From a virus (Duplodnaviria; Heunggongvirae; Uroviricota; Caudoviricetes): 64,000 bases of DNA. The position numbers and the translations under genes are program-made. Positions 31,401 through 40,889 of this stretch are shown in pieces. Every line of letters begins with the position of its first letter. The first letter of the stretch is position 1. Below the pieces are notes generated by a model, which did no database searches, had not been told where the DNA came from, and worked only from the letters and a program-made list of their open reading frames with translations. The stretch lies in IMG/VR virus record IMGVR_UViG_2687453522_000001, one strand, 5' to 3'.

Positions 31401-31651
31401 TGGTAGAATTCACCAATATTCACTGACGCCGCGCCAGCGGTTTTATCACCATCCACTGAGGTGATTAACAGTTTCATCCCACCGCCAGGCTTAGGCAAGA
31501 AACCAGCATAAAATCCCGGGTCAACAATTCCCCTGAATTTTCGGTTTAGAGCGGCTGACAGATATGGTTCGTGGTATTGCACATCAGCCACCAGAGCCAA
31601 CGACTCGGGTGATGGGTAAGTAACCGATGTAACAACTGTAACGTCATTCAT
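28430..31651 (-). CDS. S tail-fibre protein (constant Sc plus variable Sv in current orientation)
   Basis: Track ORF 28430..31738; probable start MNDVTVV at 31651, just overlapping R. Contains at least 13 phage tail-fibre repeats (TxKGxxQLSSxTNSTSExLAATPKAVKAAYDLA); cix sits at the Sc/Sv junction. Confidence 0.8.
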   Translation of the reverse strand: MNDVTVVTSVTYPSPESLALVADVQYHEPYLSAALNRKFRGIVDPGFYAGFLPKPGGGMKLLITSVDGDKTAGAASVNIGEFYQVTIQQRKDISLALSAGKKYAIVLKGRYLLGEDSYQVNTASHIHAAEFVARTYTDSYQLGDGELLVCTVNIPAGVSAITQEMIDVSDRIDLTIGIEISDSVTSTRSDVAASSLAVKKAYDLAKSKYTAQDASTTQKGLVQLSSATNSTSEVLAATPKAVKAAYDLANGKYTAQDATTTQKGIVQLSSDTNSTSETLAATPKAVKAAYDLAAGKAPSSHTHPWNQITGVPTASLTAKGITQLSSDTNSTSETLAATPKAVKAAYDLAAGKAPSSHTHPWNQITGVPTASLTAKGITQLSSATNSTSEVLAATPKAVKAAYDLANGKYTAQDATTTQKGIVQLSSDTNSTSETLAATPKAVKAAYDLAAGKAPSSHTHPWNQITGVPTASLTAKGITQLSSDTNSTSETLAATPKAVKAAYDLAAGKAPSSHTHPWNQITGVPTASLTAKGITQLSSATNSTSEVLAATPKAVKAAYDLANGKYTAQDATTTQKGIVQLSSDTNSTSETLAATPKAVKAAYDLAAGKAPSSHTHPWNQITGVPTASLTAKGITQLSSATNSTSEVLAATPKAVKAAYDLANGKYTAQDATTTQKGIVQLSSDTNSTSETLAATPKAVKAAYDLAAGKAPSSHTHPWNQITGVPTASLTAKGITQLSSATNSTSEVLAATPKAVKAAYDLANGKYTAQDATTTQKGIVQLSSDTNSTSETLAATPKAVKAAYDLAAGKAPSSHTHPWNQITGVPTASLTAKGITQLSSATNSTSEVLAATPKAVKAAYDLANGKQAADATLTALAALATAADKLPYFTGVDRAALTALTSVGRAILSKPSIQSVLNYLGLGETIDKASGAMQKSANGYDISDVSAFRNALQLGTAATRDVGADNASKLLDLDSFRSMMSGNGYIYIPCIATTGNPVKLMLQWGMVATQKGVDAGYALPFAFPYAGLFATGNRGTPGYNAAMNVRIASRTHISIQNWSPSGEGTEDCCFIALGY
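28886..28911. other. cix recombination site (right), inside S
   Basis: TTCTCCCAAACCAAGGTAATTAAGAA, inverted relative to the left site (about 20/26 identical to its reverse complement); encodes LNYLGLGE. Confidence 0.6.
29040..31080 (-). repeat. in-frame tandem DNA repeat array within S (about 300-bp units, near-identical copies)
   Basis: Blocks such as tttcgctgtcaatgaagctgttggcacaccagtgatctgattccagggatgtgtatgactggatgg recur many times with only point differences. Confidence 0.85.
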
Positions 31652-31662
31652 CAAGCATATCC

Positions 31663-32097
31663 TTATGCTGTAGTCGTGTTTATGGCCATAACTGCGGTAT
31701 ATGTTTTGCCCACATACAGCGAGTCTTCTTGGACACAAATAATGGCGATTGGCTTATTCTCGTTATCCAGAACAACCAGAGTGTTGAATGGGTAGTTTTT
31801 CCCTTCCTGCAACTGACTTTGATCAAGGTCCATTCGGACAGTAATTATCCCTCCTGAGTAGGTTGGGACGAGGTTGATGGTGCAAAATTGACTGGTCAGT
31901 TCTGCCAGATCGAAAGCCTTTGGCAGTTCTCCAATCTCATAAGTGCCATCTCCTTTCTTAGTAACCAGTGAACTGGTACCGAAAACGGCCTTGCTGATTA
32001 AAAATCGAGAGCCTTTGTTAATGGACGATTCAGCGCGCCGCTGATAGTAATAGTCCAACAACTGACTCTTATAGAGGTTTGTTGAGACGTCAGACAT
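31663..32097 (-). CDS. R-like tail-fibre/baseplate-associated protein, 144 aa
   Basis: Immediately upstream of S, as P1 R; named on synteny. Confidence 0.45.
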   Translation of the reverse strand: MSDVSTNLYKSQLLDYYYQRRAESSINKGSRFLISKAVFGTSSLVTKKGDGTYEIGELPKAFDLAELTSQFCTINLVPTYSGGIITVRMDLDQSQLQEGKNYPFNTLVVLDNENKPIAIICVQEDSLYVGKTYTAVMAINTTTA

Positions 32098-32175
32098 GAT
32101 TTTCCCTAATCAATGTTGTGAAGCCTCATTGTAAGATAAGTAACTTGTCACCCCGCCCTGCGGACGGGGTGATTG

Positions 32176-33015
32176 TCACGCATCGCTATCCAACAGCAAA
32201 TCATCTGCGCGGGTGCGATCAAACGTAGGCGTTACTTTCACAATAGCGCCACCAGGCGTTGCGGTGATCGGGGCGCTAATCGACGTAACTCCAGTAAGCG
32301 AAGTTGTATCCGAAGTTTCAAACCAGCAGAATGCTTTTTCGGTATCAGAAATCTCGTTCAAAGTGATCATGTCGGCCTGTTCATTTACAACAACCGACAA
32401 ATAGAGCGTAAGCCCATCAAACACTATATGCAGTGGCAGTAGAGGCTTTACGAACTGATTAAACTTTCTGAGAATTTCTTCTGTAATTGCGGACTGATCT
32501 ATCGTTCCAGTAATACCCATTGTCTGGGCCAGGTCGTTTATGGGAATACTGATCATTCCTCTGGAAGTCAGAAACATCTCGCCGAATGTGCCGCCGGTAG
32601 TTTCCAGTGTGCTTTCTGGAATCAGGACCGTGCCATAGGGATGACGTTCAAAGTCCACCGGAGCATATATGGGATCCCATAAAACCGATATACCGTTAAA
32701 TTCGCGATAAATTGTCTGGTTTATAGGGCGTTCAGTACCCTTAAAATGGATCTCATCAAACCGCTGTTGTAACAACATCGGAACGGAAGATGAATTCGAC
32801 GTTCTGATAGTAAAAAACTGGCCAAGTTCATTTGTCCTAGTCTCCAGATCCTCCTTGCTCATGGAGAAAATAGACTTCCGGTTGGTAATTCGCTCCAACC
32901 ATGGGTCAACAAAGGTGTCCATCATTGACTGAACCAAATCAGCCAATGATTTATAAAGTAATGACTTTTGCTTAGCTGATGTAAGCCGGTTATTAAACCA
33001 GGAACGCTGCATCAC
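32176..33015 (-). CDS. baseplate/tail structural protein, 279 aa
   Basis: Within the tail/baseplate block; overlaps the upstream gene's stop. Confidence 0.4.
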   Translation of the reverse strand: MMQRSWFNNRLTSAKQKSLLYKSLADLVQSMMDTFVDPWLERITNRKSIFSMSKEDLETRTNELGQFFTIRTSNSSSVPMLLQQRFDEIHFKGTERPINQTIYREFNGISVLWDPIYAPVDFERHPYGTVLIPESTLETTGGTFGEMFLTSRGMISIPINDLAQTMGITGTIDQSAITEEILRKFNQFVKPLLPLHIVFDGLTLYLSVVVNEQADMITLNEISDTEKAFCWFETSDTTSLTGVTSISAPITATPGGAIVKVTPTFDRTRADDLLLDSDA

Positions 33016-34445
33016 TCCTCCTCATACGAAATATTAAAGGTGGAGTTTTCTGTATCCAGATAAACGAAATCGTAAAAGCCGTTGGACTCATTCCACTCGA
33101 CAAATTCCAGATAAAAGTCGCGGAAATAACCCAGCGTTTCGATAAATGCCCAAACGTCTTTTTTCTTGATTAGGATGTACTTGCCGACACGGTTCGGATC
33201 AAAGAAAGTTGAGTCACGCCCAAATTTTGTTTCCAGTGCCGACTTCAGCTCATCAGTCACGTTCTCAATGGTCAGGCTTGCCGATATCCGCCCAGTGATA
33301 GTGATCTTAAAGGGGAGTTTTCTGACCTCTTTATACGAGAATTTCTTGTTCAACTCATTCGGCACCTTCTTAAAGGCAGCCAGGATCATTTCTTCAAGCT
33401 CTGACTGGCTTTTGTTTGGATGCCATCCTGAAATAAATATCTTATTGATATTCCGAACATTATAAGCACCATCTAATTTCTCTTGCTGGCCTTCGCCCCA
33501 TGCCTTTACCCAGGACAGTCCCGGGATGTTACGCACCAAAAAATACGTATAGTCCCCGCCCCATACGACCTGATCATCATAGGCAAGGTAATATTGTGCA
33601 CGATTACGTGTGATCTCCGTTGTTTCGGCATCGGTACCTGCGGTTATGGGTGTCGTTGTCTTAACTGAAATCAAATTAGCTAAATTAGCCGCAGAATCGA
33701 CAGGCGTCAGGTTTTGGCCAGCAACCAGGGTTATATCTCCGTTGGTGCACCATACCTTAAGTGTAATGGTCGAGCCTTCTGGCGGTATTTGCCCAATTAG
33801 CCCATCACCGAATCGAACCCCCAACTGCTCGGATGGCTTATAAAACTCAACGTAGACCTGGCTTTTACTACCGGCTAACCGGAACATAGTGCTGGAAGAC
33901 CACTGCGTGGTCTTACCATCGGTCGTCACGAATACTTCCAGCTTATAGCAGACAGCAGTGAGAGCCTTTGATAACACGACTTCCAGAAATTCTTTGGCTG
34001 CCGTAACGGTATATGTCACCTCCTGGATTTCCAACTGTGCCACTTCTACCGTACCGGTGCCGTCAACCAACCTGCATACATCCATAGTCATGTAAGGGTA
34101 CTGGTCGTCAGATATTAAAGGCATGTTTTTGGGGATTACCGCTGGGGCATCTTCACTTGTGGCGGTGATCTCAATCATCCCCGATGACGGTGTTGGCTTG
34201 GTACCAACGTAACTATTCGTTTCTGCCGCTGCCAGGATAGAGGAACGCCGCGTCGCGGTCGATATAAAGCCTTCAGACAGCGCCGCATCGGCATACTGAA
34301 AGCACCTGTAGACAATCTGGGTAATAAACAATGTCAGCATCGAGACAAATTGAGAGCCGACAAACTTCGACCAGAATGAATCTTTCTCGACAAGCTCTTC
34401 AAACTCTGCACGAATACTGTCTTTAGTCGGTGTTGTTTTACTCAT
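33012..34445 (-). CDS. baseplate protein (BplA-like), 477 aa
   Basis: Baseplate-J-sized protein in the tail module; overlapping stop/start with neighbours. Confidence 0.45.
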   Translation of the reverse strand: MSKTTPTKDSIRAEFEELVEKDSFWSKFVGSQFVSMLTLFITQIVYRCFQYADAALSEGFISTATRRSSILAAAETNSYVGTKPTPSSGMIEITATSEDAPAVIPKNMPLISDDQYPYMTMDVCRLVDGTGTVEVAQLEIQEVTYTVTAAKEFLEVVLSKALTAVCYKLEVFVTTDGKTTQWSSSTMFRLAGSKSQVYVEFYKPSEQLGVRFGDGLIGQIPPEGSTITLKVWCTNGDITLVAGQNLTPVDSAANLANLISVKTTTPITAGTDAETTEITRNRAQYYLAYDDQVVWGGDYTYFLVRNIPGLSWVKAWGEGQQEKLDGAYNVRNINKIFISGWHPNKSQSELEEMILAAFKKVPNELNKKFSYKEVRKLPFKITITGRISASLTIENVTDELKSALETKFGRDSTFFDPNRVGKYILIKKKDVWAFIETLGYFRDFYLEFVEWNESNGFYDFVYLDTENSTFNISYEEE

Positions 34446-34801
34446 AGCACCACGTCCTGTGTGATAGTTATATCCCTGATACGAATGGATATTTTCAACT
34501 TATCAAAAGCATCTCCCTCGGCTACTGACAAGCCAGAAATCGGTATGTCAGGTAAATCTACCGTCAGTTTTTGCAACAGCATTGCCTCAACCGCAATTTG
34601 AACATGCGACAAGTTGGTCGGTTCGTGTTTAAACTGCGGTAAAACATTGCCCCATGACGGATCTCCGTATACCTCACCCTGATAAGTGTTTAGCCACTCA
34701 TATAAACGAGCGCCCCAGGCCTCCTCCTGGGACTCATACGTTTTTACGCCGGATAACTCCAGCGTCAGTAAAGGATCAATTTCATTATTGTTGGCCATCA
34801 A
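34442..34801 (-). CDS. small baseplate wedge-like protein, 119 aa
   Basis: Size and position typical of a gp25/GpW-like baseplate component directly downstream of the tape-measure-like gene. Confidence 0.4.
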   Translation of the reverse strand: MMANNNEIDPLLTLELSGVKTYESQEEAWGARLYEWLNTYQGEVYGDPSWGNVLPQFKHEPTNLSHVQIAVEAMLLQKLTVDLPDIPISGLSVAEGDAFDKLKISIRIRDITITQDVVL

Positions 34802-37800
34802 TCAACTCTCGCGTAGTCATTCATCAACGGATCATCAATTGACAGTGGCACCGTGCGCATAACGCCCGGTTGAGGCGTGCTGACCTTTACGACAGTTCCC
34901 TGGCCTTTCGCCGAGTCTTTAGTGTGCTCTTCAATCCTGGCAAGCAATGAGGTCATCTGCGCAAACAGCCGCTTCGTTTCACCATCAAGTGAAACGGTAT
35001 TATCAGCCAACTGCATTGTCGGCTTGGCACCGGAGCCGCCAAGGTCACTAATAACCTGTCCGTCTATCTGCATACGACCGGTTGGTTGCTGCAAATCGTT
35101 GGCGGCAGTCGTCACCTGGGACGTGGAGGCTGGTTCAGGCGCATTATTTTTCCGCATCCCCGGCGAGTTGCGGAGTTTATCAAATAGTCCATCAATCCCC
35201 ATTTGTGCGCCGAGTTGGTCAAAGTAACTTGAGTTGCTGGCCACCGGACGCGCCTCTTCAACTGGCATCGGAGTATCAACATACACATTGCCAGCTGCTG
35301 TTGCGGTCCCCTTCCCTCGTGCACGTTCTTCGAGCGTTCCCTGAACGACTTCCCGACGCATACCCCGGCCATTCATGAATTTGTTGACCAGATCGTTAAC
35401 GCCAACAGCATTGCCAATTTTGTCTACCAGACCGCCTTTCTCAAACGGGCTATCACCAGGGGTAAACGCCAGGCCAGTAGACTGATCGATAACAGCGTTA
35501 TCAGGCAGTGGTCCCCTCACTCCATATTGCGCCCCACCCTGTGCTCCTGCTCCAGGTGTATAGATTTCACCACCTAAATAGCGAGCACGATGAGTATTGA
35601 CCTTGATCGCGTACTCACGGTTTTCTTTCGATAAGTCACCTGTGCCTTTTTTCCACTTATTGATAGTGCCAAACCCAGCATTATATGCAGTGATGGCCTC
35701 GTTTAAGTCTCCATTGGCTTGCTTCAGATATTTGCTCATGAGAAGAGCCGCAGCTTCTGCCGATTTCACAGGATCAAACGATTCACCTTCAGCTAAGCCA
35801 GTCTCTTCACGAGCAATCCCCGTGAACTGAAACATCCCCAGAGCACCGGTTTGGGATTTTGCATACGGATTACCACCAGATTCAGTTGCAGCAATCGCGT
35901 AAAGAGTGCCTTCTGGAAGACCGTATTTATTCTCTAGTTCAGCAAAATACGGAGCCAACTTATCGAGATTTGCCTTACCTTCAGCTCCAAGACTTCCGAC
36001 TTTTACATCCAAGTTGCCATTATTGTAGGTATCCGCAGCTTTCTGAATATCATTCCTGGTTCCAGTAGTATTACGCGACGATGATGACGAGCTATTTTGA
36101 CCAATAGCTTTATCAATTTTCTGCAACGCGCTATTGCCCGTTTCTACAGCATTTGCATTGATTATCTGATTGGCAGTTTCTTTAACTGTTTTATTGCTAT
36201 CTTTCGCCGTATCTAGGGATGCATTTACAACACGAGTGACAATATTAGCCTTTTTAGAGGTATATTCAGTCTTAGGAGCATTGTCCTCCTGACGTTCTTT
36301 AGCAGGTGTTTTTAATTCAGGTGTAACCTCTTTCGCATCCGCTTTATTGACTAGCTTTGATGCAACCCAGGCCACTGGGGTGCTCTGAACAGCGGCATCT
36401 GCAACCTCACCTGAAAGCTCTTTTGCGGCACTCCATAGATTACTGCCAGCTTCTTTAATGTATTTCCCTGGGTTCTTAATGAAATCAATTGCACTATCAA
36501 TTGCATCACTGAAAACCTTTTTCAGGTTATCGACAGTAAAGAAGTCTTTGATGGCGTCTAATTTTTCGTTCAGACTCTTGGTTGTGTCACTGAACCAGGC
36601 TGAAATAGCATCGCCAATCTTGGCTGTGTAATCGTTGAATGTTGTGGATATGGTGTCACCAAGGTTAGAAATATATGTTTCTAAATTGGTAATCCCACTA
36701 TCAATGGCCTGGGCAATACTTTCCGTCGAAAATGATTGCAACATATTGCCGATATCCTCAAATCCAAGTGATTTGAGAACGCCACCAATGGCATTGCTAA
36801 TACCAGATACCAGTCCTCCCATATCGAGAACGTTAGCCAGTGTATAAGCCGCTTTTTGCTGAAAAGATGGATCTTCCCCATCCTTAAGCCCAAAGGTCCG
36901 ACGTTGTGCTTCTGTATCATTCCAACCGGTTACCGCATCATAGATACCTCCAGCCACCGTGCCGACTAGCGGAATTGCGCGTAAAGCCCCCTTTGCAAAA
37001 GCCTTAACACCTAGTTTCTCCAATCCCTTAGTTGCAAGTTTTCCGGCACCGCGAGTAGCCAATTCGCCAGCTTCTTTGGCAGCAGCTTTTTTCCCACCAA
37101 AGCCCAATAAGCTTGCAACTTTTTTTATACCTAAAGCGCCTAGTGCCATCGAGCCAACTTTCTTTAGTGCCCCACGGCCAAAAATAAGGGAAGCAATACC
37201 ACCGGCCCCCTTCCCTAACAGGCTAAATAATTTGGACAGCAAGCCGCCCTTCTTTTTCCCGGTGTTTTTGGCTATCTGATCAAGGGCGCTGAGAATCTTG
37301 TCATTGCCCTCTTTAATTTCGCTGGTCTGATCCTGAAGTTCCTGAACCGTCCGTTTTTGGGTGTTAACCTGAACGACATCGGCACTATTTTGCGATTTAC
37401 GCCTAAAAAAACCTTTTCTACGGCTGTTATCGTCATTGCCACGAATCACATCGGCAATAGACTTTCTGGCGCCATTAAGCGATCCACCAACTTCTTTTGA
37501 TATCCCGCCAAGCTCCTTCCCTGCTGCCCACAATGGACCAGCAACGGCATAACCTAACGCATCGACGGCACGAGTCTCTGAAGGGTTACCTATGCCTTCA
37601 GCTACTTTTGACAGTTTTTTTAATAAACCTGATTCAGCATTTAGACGCTCATCATCCTCTTTGCGCCTGGCCTTTTCAGCACGTTCAGCACGGGCATCTT
37701 CCGCTGCGGCCTTACTCCCTGACTTTCCAATAAAACGACCACGCGCATCGCGTTGGTTTTGGCTTTTTTGCGCACCGCCTTTTTGATCGAACATTTCGCG

Positions 37801-38493
37801 AGCGTGTTCGGCTGCTTCGGTCCGTTGTGCCTTTATATCCTCTGATATAGCCTTCCTGCGTCTTTTTTTACCCTTTGGTGTAGTTGATTTGGCCTGCTGT
37901 TCCTGTTGAGCAATGCCCTCCTGAACTACACGAGAAACGTCCCCTAAATTAAGCCGTTTCATTGCGTCAACAATAGGGTCTACTGATGGCGCATTGGCCA
38001 CAAAGTCTGGCCGGGAATTTTCGATTGTTCGATTTAATGCCGACACACTGCGAGATACTGGGTCAACCGTTGCAACGCGTTCCCCTTTCAAATCACGAGC
38101 GAGTTTGACCGTTTCTAACCGCTGTGCTTTAACATCCTCTGTTATTGCCTCTCTTCGTCTATTTGGGGGATTGTGCGCTGTTGGTGCAGCCTGCTGTTCA
38201 CGGTTAGTGACTTTGTCCTCCCGTATACGAGAAGCGTCCCCTAAATTAAGCCGTTTCATTGCGTCAACAATAGAGTCCACTGATGGCACATTGGTCACAA
38301 AGTCAGGACGTGAATTTTCGATTGTGCGATTTAATGCCGACACACTGCGAGAGACAGGATCAACAGTTGCAACTCGTTCCCCTTTCAAATCTTCAACAGC
38401 TTCCCGAATACCTGCAAGCTCTTCCAGCTCTTTCGCGCTGGCGGTTTCAACTGTCCTTATAACATCGTCAATATTGGCGTTTTTTCTTTCCAT
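34798..38493 (-). CDS. sit: Sit, tape-measure-like structural injection protein with a soluble lytic transglycosylase domain, 1231 aa
   Basis: SLT motifs (AIAATESGGNPYA, GALGMFQF, ITAYNAG); Gly-rich membrane-like segments; internal duplication near the N-terminus. Confidence 0.75.
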   Translation of the reverse strand: MERKNANIDDVIRTVETASAKELEELAGIREAVEDLKGERVATVDPVSRSVSALNRTIENSRPDFVTNVPSVDSIVDAMKRLNLGDASRIREDKVTNREQQAAPTAHNPPNRRREAITEDVKAQRLETVKLARDLKGERVATVDPVSRSVSALNRTIENSRPDFVANAPSVDPIVDAMKRLNLGDVSRVVQEGIAQQEQQAKSTTPKGKKRRRKAISEDIKAQRTEAAEHAREMFDQKGGAQKSQNQRDARGRFIGKSGSKAAAEDARAERAEKARRKEDDERLNAESGLLKKLSKVAEGIGNPSETRAVDALGYAVAGPLWAAGKELGGISKEVGGSLNGARKSIADVIRGNDDNSRRKGFFRRKSQNSADVVQVNTQKRTVQELQDQTSEIKEGNDKILSALDQIAKNTGKKKGGLLSKLFSLLGKGAGGIASLIFGRGALKKVGSMALGALGIKKVASLLGFGGKKAAAKEAGELATRGAGKLATKGLEKLGVKAFAKGALRAIPLVGTVAGGIYDAVTGWNDTEAQRRTFGLKDGEDPSFQQKAAYTLANVLDMGGLVSGISNAIGGVLKSLGFEDIGNMLQSFSTESIAQAIDSGITNLETYISNLGDTISTTFNDYTAKIGDAISAWFSDTTKSLNEKLDAIKDFFTVDNLKKVFSDAIDSAIDFIKNPGKYIKEAGSNLWSAAKELSGEVADAAVQSTPVAWVASKLVNKADAKEVTPELKTPAKERQEDNAPKTEYTSKKANIVTRVVNASLDTAKDSNKTVKETANQIINANAVETGNSALQKIDKAIGQNSSSSSSRNTTGTRNDIQKAADTYNNGNLDVKVGSLGAEGKANLDKLAPYFAELENKYGLPEGTLYAIAATESGGNPYAKSQTGALGMFQFTGIAREETGLAEGESFDPVKSAEAAALLMSKYLKQANGDLNEAITAYNAGFGTINKWKKGTGDLSKENREYAIKVNTHRARYLGGEIYTPGAGAQGGAQYGVRGPLPDNAVIDQSTGLAFTPGDSPFEKGGLVDKIGNAVGVNDLVNKFMNGRGMRREVVQGTLEERARGKGTATAAGNVYVDTPMPVEEARPVASNSSYFDQLGAQMGIDGLFDKLRNSPGMRKNNAPEPASTSQVTTAANDLQQPTGRMQIDGQVISDLGGSGAKPTMQLADNTVSLDGETKRLFAQMTSLLARIEEHTKDSAKGQGTVVKVSTPQPGVMRTVPLSIDDPLMNDYARVD
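37925..38395 (-). repeat. internal ~165-bp direct duplication within sit
   Basis: Two copies (about 37930-38098 and 38225-38393) encoding GERVATVDPVSRSVSALNRTIENSRPDFV...AMKRLNLGD twice. Confidence 0.6.
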
Positions 38494-38574
38494 GATCTTA
38501 TCGCCTACCGTTTCGGTTTAAGTTTTTCTTCCAGTTTCTCCAACAGGAAAAACGCATAGGATTCAGTAAGCCTT

Positions 38575-39456
38575 TCAGCGTCCTGAATCGGTATACCCCC
38601 ATACAAAACCAGGTTGGACACTAAGGTCTGATAGCTTTTCAATCCCCACCTGTGGAATGAAGTCGGTAGCCCGAAAGGGCACCCACAGACGGGTATACGC
38701 ACCCTCTGTGGACTCCTTTGTATCCTGGTTTGGGCATTTGTGCGGCGGGAGACGAAGACGCATTTCGCCTTTATCGATGTAGCACGGTAAACCATGTTCG
38801 AGCTTTTCATGAGCCAGCCGGATGTGTGCCGCCAGCTTCATAAATTCAGTATCAATGGCCATCCGTTTGATCGTTTCATAACGACGCTCAGCCTGCTCTT
38901 CACGAGTACCGCTAACATCGTTATAAAGTTCACACTGATAAGCGAATTCCCAAAAACGCAAATCAACGATCGCTTCTTTGAATTCCGCGTCGTCTTCAGG
39001 TGGCAATGCTGCTCGGCGCATCTCCAGCATTTCCATTGCCCAACCATCAAGCGGCACGATACGCCATTGATAAGGCACGCCCTCTACAGACACCTCAATA
39101 TCGTCAATGAACGGTTCCACTTCCAGGACCTGGATATCTTCAGCCAGAGCATTCATATCGCAATCGTAATAATGCTCTTTACCGCAATGTTTACAGGTGT
39201 AGGTAAATGTCTCGATCGGTGTTTCGCGGGAGCCAGTAAATATCCACCATAACGCGGTAATCCGGTCCTGTGCCGTCCATTTCAGTGGATCATGTTTCGC
39301 AGCTTCAGCCAGCAAGGCTTTTAAATACGCTGTTGTCTGCTGTTCTTGTTCCTCCGGTGTTATCGAGTTGAAACGCATCGCATCAGCAATATTTGGCTGA
39401 CGGAACTGGATTAATTCAGTTGGCCGCGATGGTAGCGGGAAAAGGGGTAAAAGCAT
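38575..39456 (-). CDS. hypothetical tail-associated protein, 293 aa
   Basis: Within the tail module; Cys-containing motif CKHCGKEHYYDCD. Confidence 0.4.
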   Translation of the reverse strand: MLLPLFPLPSRPTELIQFRQPNIADAMRFNSITPEEQEQQTTAYLKALLAEAAKHDPLKWTAQDRITALWWIFTGSRETPIETFTYTCKHCGKEHYYDCDMNALAEDIQVLEVEPFIDDIEVSVEGVPYQWRIVPLDGWAMEMLEMRRAALPPEDDAEFKEAIVDLRFWEFAYQCELYNDVSGTREEQAERRYETIKRMAIDTEFMKLAAHIRLAHEKLEHGLPCYIDKGEMRLRLPPHKCPNQDTKESTEGAYTRLWVPFRATDFIPQVGIEKLSDLSVQPGFVWGYTDSGR

Positions 39457-39470
39457 CCTTGCTCCTTAAT

Positions 39471-40082
39471 TTAAAGCGAAAAACTAAAGCCCAGAAGGGA
39501 AGCTAAAGAACTTGAGGATTGGTTAAACGTGCTGTGCAACGCGAAGGTCATTGGGAATGACTTAAATTCCGTAACCTGATCCCGCGCATAGGTGACATCG
39601 CCGGTAGTGACCGGGAATACCGTCATCTCATTTTCCAGTTTGGTTAAACCGGAGGACAGCAACCGATAAATACGCACATTGAGCAAATATTTAGACGGTA
39701 TATTCCCGGTACCGTCCGGATTGATCACCCGACTTTTTGCCGTCTTAAACCAGTCCAAAACGAGGCCATCAACGGTATCCCTGACCATCATTGTTATCTG
39801 CCCAGGCGAACGCTCCGTTGGCTGAAGGATATTCCCTCCGCCGATTTTAATCGTTTCATATTCGATGCTGTAATCGTGGTAGGTAATGTCTTTAGCAAAG
39901 AAGTCTGCCCCCTCCAGACCATCAACTTCGACAGAGAACTGCCATCCTTGCGCGAACAGCATTTTGTTCATGATGATTGACGTCAGCTTACCAACTTCCC
40001 GCTCACCAACGCCGGAGCCAAATAATGTCGTCGTTAATGCCGAAGATACATAAGACTTTACTGAAGCAACATTAAGCCCCAT
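39471..40082 (-). CDS. putative tail tube protein, 203 aa
   Basis: Size and position between tail genes; assignment by synteny only. Confidence 0.35.
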   Translation of the reverse strand: MGLNVASVKSYVSSALTTTLFGSGVGEREVGKLTSIIMNKMLFAQGWQFSVEVDGLEGADFFAKDITYHDYSIEYETIKIGGGNILQPTERSPGQITMMVRDTVDGLVLDWFKTAKSRVINPDGTGNIPSKYLLNVRIYRLLSSGLTKLENEMTVFPVTTGDVTYARDQVTEFKSFPMTFALHSTFNQSSSSLASLLGFSFSL

Positions 40083-40092
40083 ATCAGCCCCC

Positions 40093-40683
<591 letters not shown>

Positions 40684-40853
40684 TTAACCGATTCTACGAG
40701 TAGTCATTTGTTCATTGAGTGGGAATATTGCCGTCCGGGAGTAATATGGTATCATTAAGTTAGAGTAGGTAGTGTAGATGGAATGAGGAGTATCATATGG
40801 TTATCACACAATCAGGTTGCTTTGAGTCAGGTTGTTTTGAGTAAAACAATAAA

Positions 40854-40879
40854 ACGCCCTTTAATGGGCGTATTTTTTT
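40854..40879. terminator. bidirectional hairpin with T-tract at the edge of the AT-rich island
   Basis: ACGCCC-tttaa-TGGGCGT followed by ATTTTTTT; lies about 10 nt before the ATG of the membrane-protein gene. Confidence 0.45.
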
Positions 40880-40889
40880 AGGATTTAAA

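Noticed and set aside
31663-31738. S starting at the upstream ATG 31738, giving a 75-nt overlap with R
   Set aside because: An in-frame ATG at 31651 (MNDVTVV) gives a minimal overlap with the R stop, typical of phage operons; the upstream start is less plausible but cannot be excluded.
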